Source: an uncultured Acidobacteriota bacterium (GTDB lineage Bacteria; Acidobacteriota; Thermoanaerobaculia; UBA5066; Gp7-AA6). From it: a stretch of 64,000 nucleotides of DNA. The notes under the pieces were generated by a model. The model did not search any database. It had not been told where the DNA came from and saw only the letters and a list, made by a program, of their open reading frames with translations. The translations under genes were made by a program, and so were the position numbers. The stretch spans positions 160,001-224,000 of the forward strand of contig CAVXTP010000022.1 in NCBI GenBank assembly GCA_963764715.1. Reading direction: 5' to 3'. Shown in pieces: positions 28,306-37,981 of this stretch (the first letter of the stretch is position 1; every line of letters begins with the position of its first letter).

Positions 28306-29405
28306 GTCCGCGAGGCGACGGCGCGCTGGCGCGCGGAGTAGAGCCGCGCGCGATTGCGGCCCGTGTCCTTGGCGAAGTAGAGCGCCTTGTCCGCGCGGAC
28401 GAGGAGCTCGTGGCGGTCCTCGCCCGAGAGATCCTGCGTGTCGGCGACGCCGACCGAAACCGTCACGCGGAAGGGCCGGCCGGCCGCGAACGGCTCGCGC
28501 TCGACCGCGCGCCGGATCCGGTCCGCGACGGCGAGCGCCGAGCGCGCCGCGGTTTCGGGGAACAGGACGGCGAACTCCTCGCCCCCGTAGCGGCACGGGA
28601 GGTCCGTCGAGCGCACCGCCGCGCGGAGGATCTCGCCGAAGCGCCGGATCGCCATGTCGCCGGCGCCGTGCCCGAGCGTGTCGTTGAGCTTCTTGAAGTG
28701 GTCGAGATCGAAGAGCGCGACGGCGAGGGGCGCCCCGTAACGGCGATGCCGCGCCCACTCCTCGGACAGCCGCGTTTCGAAGTAGCGGCGGGAGGAGAGC
28801 CCCGAGAGCTCGTCGGTGACCGCGATCTCCCAGTTGCGGCTGGCGTGCAGCGACGCGGTCAGCGGGGCGAGGAGCGCGCGGATCTCGGCCTTGCGGCCCT
28901 CGTCGACCGGCCGCGGGGAGACGAGGATGAGATAGGCCACGAGCGCGTCGCCCGAGTAGAGGGGAAGGTGCAGGACCTGCGTCGGCTCGGAGCCGGGCAG
29001 GAGGTCGATCGGAGCGAAGGAGCGCTCGGTCTCGGTGGCGGCGAACTGGAGCTCGACGGCCCGGGAGTCGACCCGCTCGCCGAGCTGCACGTGGCGGGGA
29101 TCCCTCTCGGGCCGGCGCTCGACGCCGTGCCGCTCCGGCGGAAGGGTCCACACTTCCGTGATGCGCTGGGCGGCATCCACGCGGTAGAGGTCGAAGCGCG
29201 AGAGCGGCAGGATCTCGGAGGCGGCGCGGAAGGCATGCTGGAGAATCTGCCGGGGGTCCGGAGACTCGCCGAGGAAGTGCGATTCGCGCTCGCGGGCCTG
29301 GAGGCGCGCCTCGAGCTGCGCGACCCGCTGCCGCAGCCTCCAGGCGCGCACCGCGGCCCAGCTCGCGGCGGCGACGAGCAGGAGCTCCGCCCAGACGGGA
29401 AACAC
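28302..29405 (-). CDS. Membrane-anchored diguanylate cyclase
   Basis: N-terminal TM, GAF-like region, TDELSG, DLDHFKKLND, RSTD I-site, RYGGEEF. Confidence 0.9.
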   Translation of the reverse strand: MFPVWAELLLVAAASWAAVRAWRLRQRVAQLEARLQARERESHFLGESPDPRQILQHAFRAASEILPLSRFDLYRVDAAQRITEVWTLPPERHGVERRPERDPRHVQLGERVDSRAVELQFAATETERSFAPIDLLPGSEPTQVLHLPLYSGDALVAYLILVSPRPVDEGRKAEIRALLAPLTASLHASRNWEIAVTDELSGLSSRRYFETRLSEEWARHRRYGAPLAVALFDLDHFKKLNDTLGHGAGDMAIRRFGEILRAAVRSTDLPCRYGGEEFAVLFPETAARSALAVADRIRRAVEREPFAAGRPFRVTVSVGVADTQDLSGEDRHELLVRADKALYFAKDTGRNRARLYSARQRAVASRT

Positions 29406-29439
29406 CGCGCCGAGTTTAGCCTGCGGCGAAACGCGGCCG

Positions 29440-29466
29440 AAAAGGAAAGGCCCCCTTGCGGGGGCC
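29440..29466 (-). terminator. Rho-independent terminator after the small lipoprotein gene
   Basis: Minus strand GGCCCCC-GCAA-GGGGGCC-TTTCCTTTT. Confidence 0.8.
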
Positions 29467-29489
29467 GATAAGGACCGCCTGCCCGAAGC

Positions 29490-29708
29490 TCAGTGAGCGG
29501 CGGGCGTGGTCGCCGGGGCGGTCTCGGTCGACGTCGTCGTCGTCGTGGTCTCGGTCGAGGTCGTGGCCGCGGTTCCGGTCTCCTCGACGACCGCCGGGGC
29601 TTCCGCTGCCGGCGCGGCCTCGGGGGCCGCCGCTTCCTTCTTCTGGCAGCCGGTAGTGAGCGCCATCGCCGCCACGGCCGCAAAACCCAGGGTCAGAACC
29701 TTCTTCAT
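29490..29708 (-). CDS. Small Ala/Thr/Glu-rich lipoprotein (alternative start 29717)
   Basis: MKKVLTLGFAAVAAMALTTGC signal and lipobox; low-complexity tail; own promoter and terminator. Confidence 0.8.
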   Translation of the reverse strand: MKKVLTLGFAAVAAMALTTGCQKKEAAAPEAAPAAEAPAVVEETGTAATTSTETTTTTTSTETAPATTPAAH

Positions 29709-29785
29709 ATCCCTCATCTCCTTCTTCTGTTAACGCAGACGCTCCCTCGGAGCGCAAAAAAATCCCCACGGAAAATCGACGCGGA

Positions 29786-29813
29786 ATCATAACCGAACCG
29801 CGGCCCCTGTCAA
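29786..29813 (-). promoter_or_regulatory. Putative sigma70 promoter of the lipoprotein gene
   Basis: Minus strand TTGACA, 16 nt spacer, TATGAT. Confidence 0.6.
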
Positions 29814-29910
29814 CCCGAGGTCGCCGGTTCGCCTCGGGGGCGCCGGTCGGCTATTCTCGGCCCCGGGGGCGTTTCGCCCTCCCGCGACCAGCCGAAACGG
29901 AGGTTACACG

Positions 29911-31251
29911 GTGTTCGAAGGCCTGTCCGAGCGGATGCAGGGCGTCTTCAAGGAGCTCCGGGGCGAAGGCCACCTGACCGACTACCACCTCGAGCAGGCC
30001 CTCCGGCAGATACGGCTGTCCCTGCTCGAGGCGGACGTGGCCCTGCCGGTCGTCAAGAAGTTCACCGAGAAGGTCAAGGAGCGGGCGGTCGGGGCGAAGG
30101 TCACCCAGCTGCTCTCGCCGGCCCAGGAGGTCACCCGGATCGTGCGGGACGAGCTCATCGCGCTGCTCGGGGGCGCGGCGGCCGACGTCGCGCTGACGGG
30201 CAAACCCGCGGTCATCGCGCTGGTGGGTCTCCAGGGATCCGGCAAGACGACCTCGGCGGCGAAGCTCGCGCTTCACCTCAAGACGCGGGGCCGGTACCCC
30301 CTGATCGTCGCCGCGGACCTCGCCCGTCCCGCGGCGGTCGCGCAGCTCGTGACGCTCGGCCGACAGATCGGCGTCCCGGTGTTCGAGCCCGGCGTCGAGA
30401 CCGACCCCGTCGAGGTCGCGCGCCGGGGGCTCCGCGAGGCGCGGCAGACGGGGAGGGACACGGTCATCGTCGACACGGCGGGCCGCCTGCACGTGGACGA
30501 GGAGCTGATGCGCCAGGTCCAGGCGGTGGCGGCGGCCGTCGAGCCGCAGGAGATCCTCTTCGTCGCCGACGCGATGACGGGGCAGGACGCGGTGCGGTCG
30601 GCCGCGGGGTTCGCCGAGGCCCTCGACCTGACGGGAATCATCCTGACCAAGACCGACGGCGATGCGCGCGGCGGCGCGGCCCTGACGGTCGTGACGACGA
30701 CCGGAAAGCCCATCAAGTTCGTCGGCGTCGGCGAGAAGCCCGAGGACTTCGAGCCCTTCCACCCCGACCGGATGGCCTCGCGCATCCTCGGGCTCGGCGA
30801 CGTCCTCACCCTCATCGAGAAGGTCGAGGCCTCCGTCGACGCGGACGCGGCCAGGAAGATGGCGGCGAAGACCGCGGCGGGCGAGTTCACGCTCGAGGAC
30901 CTCCGCGACCAGCTCGCGTCGATGAAGAAGATGGGCCCGCTCGAGGGCCTCCTCGACCTTCTGCCCAAGGGGGGAGCCTTCAAGGCGCTCAAGCAGCCCG
31001 AAAGCGTCGACGAGAAGGCCCTCGTCCGGGTCACCGCGATGATCGACTCGATGACCGTCGAGGAGCGCCGGTACCCGCAGGTCCTGAACGGGAGCCGCAA
31101 GAAGCGCATCGCCGGCGGTTCGGGCACCTCGGTCGCCGAGATCAACCGCCTGCTCAAGCAGTACCAGCAGATGCGCCGCATGATGCGGACGGCCCGCAAG
31201 GGGATGCGGGGGCTGGATATGTCGAAACTGGCCCTGCCCAGGGGTCAGTAA
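29911..31251 (+). CDS. ffh: Signal recognition particle protein Ffh
   Basis: LLEADV, GLQGSGKTT, DTAGR, TKTDGDARGG, SMTVEER, RIAGGSG. Confidence 0.97.
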   Translation: MFEGLSERMQGVFKELRGEGHLTDYHLEQALRQIRLSLLEADVALPVVKKFTEKVKERAVGAKVTQLLSPAQEVTRIVRDELIALLGGAAADVALTGKPAVIALVGLQGSGKTTSAAKLALHLKTRGRYPLIVAADLARPAAVAQLVTLGRQIGVPVFEPGVETDPVEVARRGLREARQTGRDTVIVDTAGRLHVDEELMRQVQAVAAAVEPQEILFVADAMTGQDAVRSAAGFAEALDLTGIILTKTDGDARGGAALTVVTTTGKPIKFVGVGEKPEDFEPFHPDRMASRILGLGDVLTLIEKVEASVDADAARKMAAKTAAGEFTLEDLRDQLASMKKMGPLEGLLDLLPKGGAFKALKQPESVDEKALVRVTAMIDSMTVEERRYPQVLNGSRKKRIAGGSGTSVAEINRLLKQYQQMRRMMRTARKGMRGLDMSKLALPRGQ

Positions 31252-31321
31252 GCAGGAAGCAGGAGGCAGGAGGCAGGAAAACGCCCCGGCCTGCCGCCTG
31301 CAACCTGCCGCCTGCCTCCTG
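31252..31321. repeat. Heptamer-based inverted repeat (GCAGGAR x4 / CCTGCNN x4)
   Basis: Starts at the ffh stop; related copy at 53420-53493. Confidence 0.85.
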
Positions 31322-31363
31322 GTGTAGAATGCCCCGCTTTTGAATAGGCCAAGAGGGAACTAA

Positions 31364-31618
31364 ATGCTGAAGATCCGCCTGCGCCGCATGGGCGCCCGCA
31401 ACCGTCCGTACTACCGCATCGTCGTCTCCGACTCGCGCCGGACCGCGCGCGCCGAGGTGCTCGAGGAGCTCGGCTCGTACGACCCGGTCCCGAATCCGCC
31501 GGCGCTGTCCTTCAACCGCGAGCGGGCCCGCGCCTGGATCGCCAAGGGCGCGACCCTGTCGCCGACCGTGCAGTCGCTCCTCGAGCGGCCCGAGGCCGCC
31601 CCGGTCCCGGCGGCCTGA
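31364..31618 (+). CDS. rpsP: 30S ribosomal protein S16
   Basis: MLKIRLRRMGARNRPYYRIVVSDSR. Confidence 0.97.
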   Translation: MLKIRLRRMGARNRPYYRIVVSDSRRTARAEVLEELGSYDPVPNPPALSFNRERARAWIAKGATLSPTVQSLLERPEAAPVPAA

Positions 31619-31622
31619 GCGC

Positions 31623-31853
31623 ATGAAACGCCTCGTCGAGACCATCGTCCGCCGCCTTTCGGACCGCCCGGACGAAACCCGCGTTCACGAAAGCTTCGAG
31701 GGCCGGACCTCCGTCTACGACATCGACGTGCCGGAGACCGATCGCGGCCGCCTCATCGGCCGCGAGGGCCGCACGATCCGCGCGCTGCGCGGCTTCGTGT
31801 CCGCCGCCGCCACGGCGCGCGGCAAGAAGGTCCTCATCCGCGTCCGCGACTAA
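31623..31853 (+). CDS. khpA: KH-domain RNA-binding protein
   Basis: DRGRLIGREGRTIRALR; rpsP-rimM synteny. Confidence 0.9.
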   Translation: MKRLVETIVRRLSDRPDETRVHESFEGRTSVYDIDVPETDRGRLIGREGRTIRALRGFVSAAATARGKKVLIRVRD

Positions 31854-31878
31854 CTCGCGCGGCGCGCCCCCGGGCGCG

Positions 31879-32409
31879 ATGCCGGACCTTCCCGAACTTC
31901 TCGTCGTCGCCCGCGTCGAGCGGACGCACGGTCTCGCGGGCGAGGTCTCGGTCTCGGTCCTCACCGACTTTCCGGAGCGCTTCGCGCCGGGCCGCGTCCT
32001 CGTCTGGAAGCGGGGGAGCGAGGAGCGTTCCCTGACGCTTTCGGCCGTGCGGCCCCATGGGCAGCGCCTCCTGCTGTCGTTCGAGGGGATCGACGGCCCG
32101 GAGTCGGCGCGGACGCTGTCGGGCGGGGACCTCTGCGTGCCGGCGGCGGATGCCGCGCCCGCCCCGCCCGGCTTCTTCTACGACCACGAGGTCCGCGGCT
32201 GGGCCTGCGAAGACGCCGGGGGACGCCGGCTCGGCGAGGCGGCCGGCCTGGAGAATACGCCGGCCGGTCCGCTGCTGTCGGTCGAGACACGGCCGGGCAA
32301 GATCGCGCTCGTGCCTTTCGTGGAGGGCATCGTGCTCGAGGTGGACCGGGCCGGGCGCCGCATCGTTCTCGACCCGCCGGAAGGGCTGCTCGAGCTCGCC
32401 GAAAGCTGA
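31879..32409 (+). CDS. rimM: Ribosome maturation factor RimM
   Basis: THGLAGEV, TDFPERF, LVPFV, DPPEGLL. Confidence 0.93.
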   Translation: MPDLPELLVVARVERTHGLAGEVSVSVLTDFPERFAPGRVLVWKRGSEERSLTLSAVRPHGQRLLLSFEGIDGPESARTLSGGDLCVPAADAAPAPPGFFYDHEVRGWACEDAGGRRLGEAAGLENTPAGPLLSVETRPGKIALVPFVEGIVLEVDRAGRRIVLDPPEGLLELAES

Positions 32410-32467
32410 TCGCTGCCGGCCCTCGCCGCCGTCCGCGTGAGACTATGACGTCCGCGCGGAGCCTCCG

Positions 32468-33184
32468 ATGCAGATCGAGATCCTGACCATCTTCCCGGGC
32501 TACTTCGCCTCGCCGCTCCGGGAGAGCCTCCTCGGCAAGGCGATCGCGGCGGGCCTGGTGGAAGTGACCGCCACCGACCTGAGGACGTTCGCGCTCGACC
32601 GGCACCGCAAGGTCGACGACGAGCCTTACGGCGGCGGCGCGGGCATGGTGATGATCGCGCCGGTCGTCGCCGCCGCGATCGAGGCCCGCCGGGAGCCCCC
32701 GGACACGCCCCGCGCCTGGACCGTGCTGATGGCGCCGGAGGGCGACCGGCTCGACCACGCGCGGGCTGCCGGCCTGGCGCGGCGGGACCGGCTGCTGCTC
32801 GTCTGCGGGCGCTACGAGGGCATCGACGAGCGGGTCCGCGACCTCGGGTTGTACGACGAGGAAATCTCGCTGGGGGACTTCGTCCTGCCGGGCGGAGAGG
32901 TGGCCGCCCTCGCCCTGATCGAGGCGGTGTCGCGGCTCGTGCCGGGCGTCGTCGGAGCGGCCGAATCCCTCGAGAACGAGTCGTTCCTGCGGGAGCGCCT
33001 GGACTATCCCCACTACACGCGGCCCCGCGAGTTTCGGGGCCTCGAGGTGCCGGAAGTCCTCCTCTCGGGGGACCACAGGCGAATCGAAGCCTTCCGGCGG
33101 TCGCGGGCGCTGGAGCGGACGCGCCGGAAGCGCCCGGACCTGCTCCTGAGGCGCCCGGAGGAGCCCGGGGAGCGGGGGGACTGA
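32468..33184 (+). CDS. trmD: tRNA m1G37 methyltransferase TrmD
   Basis: VDDEPYGGGAGMV, CGRYEGIDER, SLGDFVLPGGE, YTRP. Confidence 0.96.
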   Translation: MQIEILTIFPGYFASPLRESLLGKAIAAGLVEVTATDLRTFALDRHRKVDDEPYGGGAGMVMIAPVVAAAIEARREPPDTPRAWTVLMAPEGDRLDHARAAGLARRDRLLLVCGRYEGIDERVRDLGLYDEEISLGDFVLPGGEVAALALIEAVSRLVPGVVGAAESLENESFLRERLDYPHYTRPREFRGLEVPEVLLSGDHRRIEAFRRSRALERTRRKRPDLLLRRPEEPGERGD

Positions 33185-33190
33185 GGCGGG

Positions 33191-33220
33191 TTGCCCGCGA
33201 GGGGCCCCTTCGATTAGAAT
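33191..33220 (+). promoter_or_regulatory. Putative sigma70 promoter of rplS
   Basis: TTGCCC, 18 nt spacer, TAGAAT. Confidence 0.45.
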
Positions 33221-33267
33221 TCGCCGTTTCCTGACCGCTTTCGCGCTTGTTTTGGGAGAGCCTTGTC

Positions 33268-33624
33268 ATGACCGACCTACTGCTCGATATCGAAAAGCCG
33301 ACGCTCAAGAGCGGCGTGCCCGCGTTTTCCCCCGGCGACAGCGTCCGCGTGCACGTCAAGGTGCGCGAGGGCGAGAAGGAGCGCATCCAGCTCTTCGCCG
33401 GCGTCGTGATCGCCCGCCGCGGCGGCGGGGCCCGCGAGACCTTCACCGTCCGCAAGATGTCGGGCGGGATCGGTGTGGAGCGCGTCTTCCCGCTCCATTC
33501 GCCCATCATCGACAAGATCGACGTAGAGCGCCACGGGGCCGTGCGCCGGGCCAAGCTGTATTACCTCCGGGAGCGCAAGGGCAAGGCCGCGCGCATCGAC
33601 GAGAGGCAGACGGACCGCTCCTAG
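33268..33624 (+). CDS. rplS: 50S ribosomal protein L19
   Basis: [34 protein letters not shown]. Confidence 0.97.
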   Translation: MTDLLLDIEKPTLKSGVPAFSPGDSVRVHVKVREGEKERIQLFAGVVIARRGGGARETFTVRKMSGGIGVERVFPLHSPIIDKIDVERHGAVRRAKLYYLRERKGKAARIDERQTDRS

Positions 33625-33636
33625 GCCCGTCCGGAC

Positions 33637-34329
33637 GTGAACTCCGACCCGCTCGCCGCATTCTTCGCGGAGCTGGGTCGCCTGCGCGAGCTGACGCGGG
33701 TCGAGTCCGAGCTCGTGCGGCGCGGATTCGCGCGGATCGCCGGGGTCGACGAGGCCGGCCGGGGCTCGCTCGCCGGGCCGGTGGTCGCCGCCGCCGTCGT
33801 GTTGCCGCCGGGTTGCCTCCTGCCCGGCATCGACGACTCCAAGAAGCTCGACGCGGAAGCGCGGGAGAAGCTCGCTCCCGAGATCCGCCGCCGCGCGGTC
33901 TCGGTGGCCGTCGGCGTCGTCTCGGCCCGGGACATCGACGCGGGCGACATCCTCCGGGCGAGCCTGCAGGCGATGCGGCTCGCCGTCGAGGCGCTTTCGC
34001 CCGCGCCGCAGGTCCTCCTCGTCGACGCGGTTTCGGTGCCCGGCGTCCGCATTCCTCAGATCCCCATCATTCACGGCGACGCGCTTTCGGCCTCGATCGC
34101 CGCGGCCTCGATCGTCGCCAAGGTGCACCGCGACGCCCTGCTCGACGACCTGGGGCGGCGGCATCCGGCCTACGGCTTCGAGCAGCACAAGGGCTACGGG
34201 ACGCCCGAGCACTGGGACGCCCTGCGGCGCTGCGGGCCGTGCGCGGAGCACCGTCTGACCTACCGGGGCGTCGTTCCGGAGCCCTCGGATGCGGCGATCC
34301 TCGGGCGTGCGGCGCGCGGTCGCGGTTAG
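33637..34329 (+). CDS. rnhB: Ribonuclease HII
   Basis: GVDEAGRG, DDSKKL, IAAASIVAKVHRD, HKGYGT. Confidence 0.95.
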   Translation: MNSDPLAAFFAELGRLRELTRVESELVRRGFARIAGVDEAGRGSLAGPVVAAAVVLPPGCLLPGIDDSKKLDAEAREKLAPEIRRRAVSVAVGVVSARDIDAGDILRASLQAMRLAVEALSPAPQVLLVDAVSVPGVRIPQIPIIHGDALSASIAAASIVAKVHRDALLDDLGRRHPAYGFEQHKGYGTPEHWDALRRCGPCAEHRLTYRGVVPEPSDAAILGRAARGRG

Positions 34330-34344
34330 AATCGACAGTTAGAA

Positions 34345-36936
34345 ATGGCGGTCAACCGCGAACAGGTCCTCCAGTCCGCCGAAAAGCTGCTCGCCAAAGG
34401 CAAGCTCGACCAGGCGCTCAAGGAATACCTCCGCGTCCTGGAGGACAACGCCAAGGACATCTCGACGCTCAACAAGGTGGGGGACCTCTACGTCCGGATG
34501 AACCGTCCGGCCGATTCGATCCCCTTCTTCACCCGGATCGCGGATTTCTACTCCCGGGACGGGTTCTTCCTGAAGGCCATCGCGATCTTCAAGAAGATCA
34601 ACAAGATCGACCCGGCGCAGCTCGAGGTCTACGACAAGCTCGCGGACCTGTACCACAAGCAGGGCCTCGTCCAGGACGCGCGCAGCCAGTACCAGGTCCT
34701 GGCCGACCACTACCAGAAGAACAACCGGGTCGCGGACGCCATCGCCGTCTACAAGAAGATGGCGGCGATCGACCCGGCCGACATGCGCATCCAGGTCCGG
34801 CTCGCGGACCTCTATCGCTCCGCCAACCAGAAGGACGAGGCCGTGATGCAGTACGGCCTCATCGGCTCGATGCTCCTGAAGCGGGGAGCGCACGACGAAG
34901 CCGCGCAGGTCTTCCAGAAGGCCCTCGAGCTCTCGCCCCACGACGTCGAGTCGCAGAAGAACCTGGTCCGGTCCCTCCTCGCTCAGAACAACACGGATGC
35001 GGCGATGGCCGTCCTCAAGGCCGCGCCGCGCACGGCCGAGAGCCTGGCCCTCTTCGCCGAGGCTCAGCTCGAGATGGGGCAGCGGGCCGAGGCGGTGCGG
35101 ACCGCCGAGCAGGCCCTCCAGCTCGACGCCGATGCCGAGGCGCCCCGCGTCTTTCTCTGCAAGCTGCGGATGCAGGAACAGGCCCCGGACCGCGCGGCCG
35201 CCGTGATCGGCCCGGCGGTCGACGCGGCCGTGGCGCGGCGGGAGTTCGCGCGGGCGGCCGACCTTCTCGAGCCGATCCTCTCGGCGGATCCGCACAACGT
35301 CGCCGCGCTCGAGAAGCTCGCCCACGTGCACGAGGCGGAGGGCAATCGGCCGGCGCTCGCCCGGGCGCACGTCCTGCTCGGCGAGGCGGCCGAGAAGCGG
35401 CAGGACCCGGGGGCCGCGCTCGACCACTACCGCCGGGCGCAGGAGGCCAACCCCGCCAACGTCCGGGCCGCCGAGAGAATCAAGGAGATCGGCGTTCCGA
35501 CGGAGGCCGCGCCGCCTTCGCCCCCGCCGGCGGAGACGCGGGCCGGCGGGACGGCGGAGGCGGCCCCCTCCGAGCCGGCCCCCGAGTCGGGCCCCGAGTC
35601 GGCCCCCGAATACCAGGAATTCGTGATCGACCTCGAGGACTCCGCCTCGATCCACGCGCCGCAGCCCAAGGTGCCCTCGATCGAATTCGAGCCGGGGCCC
35701 GCGGAAGCGGAGACGGCCGAGGCGGCGCCCGAGAGGCCGGTGAGGGAAGCCGCCGCCTCGTCGGCGGGCGAGGCCGTTCCCGTCGAGGACCAGCAGATCG
35801 AAACCCTGATCGTCGAGGCCGAGGTTTTCGCGAAGTACGGGCTCGTCGACAAGGCCATCGAGCGCCTTTTCTCCCTCGTCCGGCGGCGGCCCGACCTGCT
35901 CAAGGCGCGCGAGCGGCTCGTCGAGCTTCTGGCGGAGCAGAAGAACCCCGCGCTCCTGCGCGAAGCCGAATCGCTCGCCGCGGCCTACCGCGAGGCCGAT
36001 CAGCCCGGCGCGGCGCAGCGCATCCTGTCGATCGCCGGCCTGCCGCCCGGGGGGGCCGCGCCCGCGGTCGCGAAGACGATGCCGCCGGCGCCCGCGCCGG
36101 ACGAGGTCGAGTTCGAGGAGTTCGACATCGGGCAGGCCGTCTCTCCGCCCGGAGCGGCGGCCCCGGTGCCCCCGCCGGCCGAGGCGATCGACTTCGCCGA
36201 GACCCCGGGGGCGGGCGCGCCGATACCGTCCTTCGAGCGAATGGCGCCGCCGCCGCCGGAGGCGTCCGCGGACACGGAGTTCGTTTCCTACGAACAGCTC
36301 GGAAACCTCCTCGAGGACGAGATGCAGCGCGCGGGCGACAGTCCCGCCGCGGAGTCCGCCGAGTTGCCGCTGGTCGACGAAGCGAACCTCTTCGCCGACG
36401 AGCAGAAGTTCTTCAACCTCGCCGAGGAGCTCGAAAAGGAGCTCGGCGACGAGGCCGTGCCGGAGGAGTCCGGGGAGATCTCGACCCCGCAGGGCGAGGT
36501 CTCGCTCGAGGAGATCTTCCGCGAGTTCAAGAAGGGGGTCGAGCAGCAGCTCTCGGCCGAGGACTACGAGACGCACTACAACCTCGGCATCGCGTACAAG
36601 GAGATGGGGCTGGTCGACGAGGCGATCGGCGAGTTCCAGCTCGCGAGCAAGGACCCCGCGCGGGCCCTCGAGTGTTGCAGCATGCTCGGCCACTGCTTCC
36701 TCGAGAAGGGCATGCCGCAGCTGGCGATCAAGTGGTTCCGCAAGGGCCTCGAGACCCCCTCGATCCAGGAGGCCCAGACGACCGGGATGCTCTACGACCT
36801 CGCGGCCGTGTACCAGGACACCGGGGACACCGACATGGCCTACAAGACCTTCCAGGAGGTCTACGGCCTGAACGCGAACTACCGCGACGTCGTCCAGCGC
36901 GTCCGCGACCTCGAGGCCGTGCGGAAGAACGTCTGA
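34345..36936 (+). CDS. Large TPR protein, SgmX-like architecture
   Basis: N-terminal TPR array, acidic Pro-rich linkers, central EAEVFAKYGL module, C-terminal FKKGV..THYNLGIAYKEMGL TPR block. Confidence 0.75.
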   Translation: MAVNREQVLQSAEKLLAKGKLDQALKEYLRVLEDNAKDISTLNKVGDLYVRMNRPADSIPFFTRIADFYSRDGFFLKAIAIFKKINKIDPAQLEVYDKLADLYHKQGLVQDARSQYQVLADHYQKNNRVADAIAVYKKMAAIDPADMRIQVRLADLYRSANQKDEAVMQYGLIGSMLLKRGAHDEAAQVFQKALELSPHDVESQKNLVRSLLAQNNTDAAMAVLKAAPRTAESLALFAEAQLEMGQRAEAVRTAEQALQLDADAEAPRVFLCKLRMQEQAPDRAAAVIGPAVDAAVARREFARAADLLEPILSADPHNVAALEKLAHVHEAEGNRPALARAHVLLGEAAEKRQDPGAALDHYRRAQEANPANVRAAERIKEIGVPTEAAPPSPPPAETRAGGTAEAAPSEPAPESGPESAPEYQEFVIDLEDSASIHAPQPKVPSIEFEPGPAEAETAEAAPERPVREAAASSAGEAVPVEDQQIETLIVEAEVFAKYGLVDKAIERLFSLVRRRPDLLKARERLVELLAEQKNPALLREAESLAAAYREADQPGAAQRILSIAGLPPGGAAPAVAKTMPPAPAPDEVEFEEFDIGQAVSPPGAAAPVPPPAEAIDFAETPGAGAPIPSFERMAPPPPEASADTEFVSYEQLGNLLEDEMQRAGDSPAAESAELPLVDEANLFADEQKFFNLAEELEKELGDEAVPEESGEISTPQGEVSLEEIFREFKKGVEQQLSAEDYETHYNLGIAYKEMGLVDEAIGEFQLASKDPARALECCSMLGHCFLEKGMPQLAIKWFRKGLETPSIQEAQTTGMLYDLAAVYQDTGDTDMAYKTFQEVYGLNANYRDVVQRVRDLEAVRKNV

Positions 36937-36943
36937 GCGACCC

Positions 36944-37981
36944 GTGGCGGGTGAAGTCCTGAGCCCGCGGCCCGCCGCCGCCCCCGGAGACGCCCTCCTT
37001 CGCGTCGAAGACCTCCGCGTGGAGCTGCCGGTGGGCGGCCGGATGCTTCCCGCCGTCGACGGCGTCACCTTCGCGCTCTCCGAGGGCGAGAGCGTCGCGG
37101 TCGTGGGCGAGAGCGGGAGCGGCAAGACCCAGCTCGCCCGCGCGATCCTCGGCCTCTCGCCTCCGGGGGCCCGCGTCCGCGGCCGCCTGACGTTTCGCGG
37201 GGAAGAGCTCCTGGCACTGCCGGAGCGCCGGTGGCAGGCGCTGCGCGGGGCCGGGATCGGCATGGTGTTCCAGGAGCCCGCGGCGGCGCTCGACCCGGTG
37301 CGGACGATCGGCGCCGAGATCGGGGAGTCGGTTCGACTTCACTCGCGTGTCTCGCGCTCGCGCGCCCGCGAGCTCGCCCGGGCGGCCCTGGCGGAGGTCG
37401 CGTTTCCCGATCCGGAGGGCGGGCTGGACGAATACCCCCACCGGCTTTCGGGCGGGCTCCGACAACGCGCACACCTGGCCTCGGTTCTCGCCGCGGGACC
37501 CCGGCTGCTGCTCGCCGACGAACCGACGGCGTCGCTCGACGCGACCGTCGCGCGCGACATCCTGGAGCTTCTCGACCGGCTTCGCCGCGAGCGCGGGCTC
37601 ACGGTTCTCCTCATCACGCACGACCTCGGGGTGGTCGCGCGGCACTGCGACCGCGTCCTCGTCGTGTACGCCGGGCGGATCGTGGAGGAAGCGCCGACCG
37701 TGGCGCTCTTCCGGGCGCCCGGACATCCTTACACGCGCGGACTGCTGCGCTCGGTTCCCCGCCTCGCCGCCGTGGCGCGCCGGGCGGGCGAGCGCTACGA
37801 CGCCATCCCGGGAGCGCTCCCGGACCTGGGGGAGCGGCCCGGCGTGGGCTGCGCCTTCGCGCCGCGCTGCGGCGACCGCTTCGAGCCCTGCGACGTCCGC
37901 GAGCCCGAGCTCTACCCGACCGAGTCCGGCCGCGCCCGCTGCTTTCTTCACGACAGCCGGCCGCGCGCGCTCCGCGGATGA
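36944..37981 (+). CDS. Oligopeptide/dipeptide ABC ATPase (OppD/DppD type)
   Basis: GESGSGKT, YPHRLSGG, ADEPT, HPYT, CAFAPRC. Confidence 0.92.
   Translation: MAGEVLSPRPAAAPGDALLRVEDLRVELPVGGRMLPAVDGVTFALSEGESVAVVGESGSGKTQLARAILGLSPPGARVRGRLTFRGEELLALPERRWQALRGAGIGMVFQEPAAALDPVRTIGAEIGESVRLHSRVSRSRARELARAALAEVAFPDPEGGLDEYPHRLSGGLRQRAHLASVLAAGPRLLLADEPTASLDATVARDILELLDRLRRERGLTVLLITHDLGVVARHCDRVLVVYAGRIVEEAPTVALFRAPGHPYTRGLLRSVPRLAAVARRAGERYDAIPGALPDLGERPGVGCAFAPRCGDRFEPCDVREPELYPTESGRARCFLHDSRPRALRG

Noticed and set aside
31252-31321. Possible CRISPR or terminator reading of the heptamer arrays
   Set aside because: 7-nt tandem units with no unique spacers, no cas genes and no U-tract; kept only as a repeat.
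33252-36962. 1236-aa and other very long Arg/Gly/Pro-rich alternative-frame ORFs throughout the window
   Set aside because: Off-frame products of high GC3 content overlapping well-supported genes.
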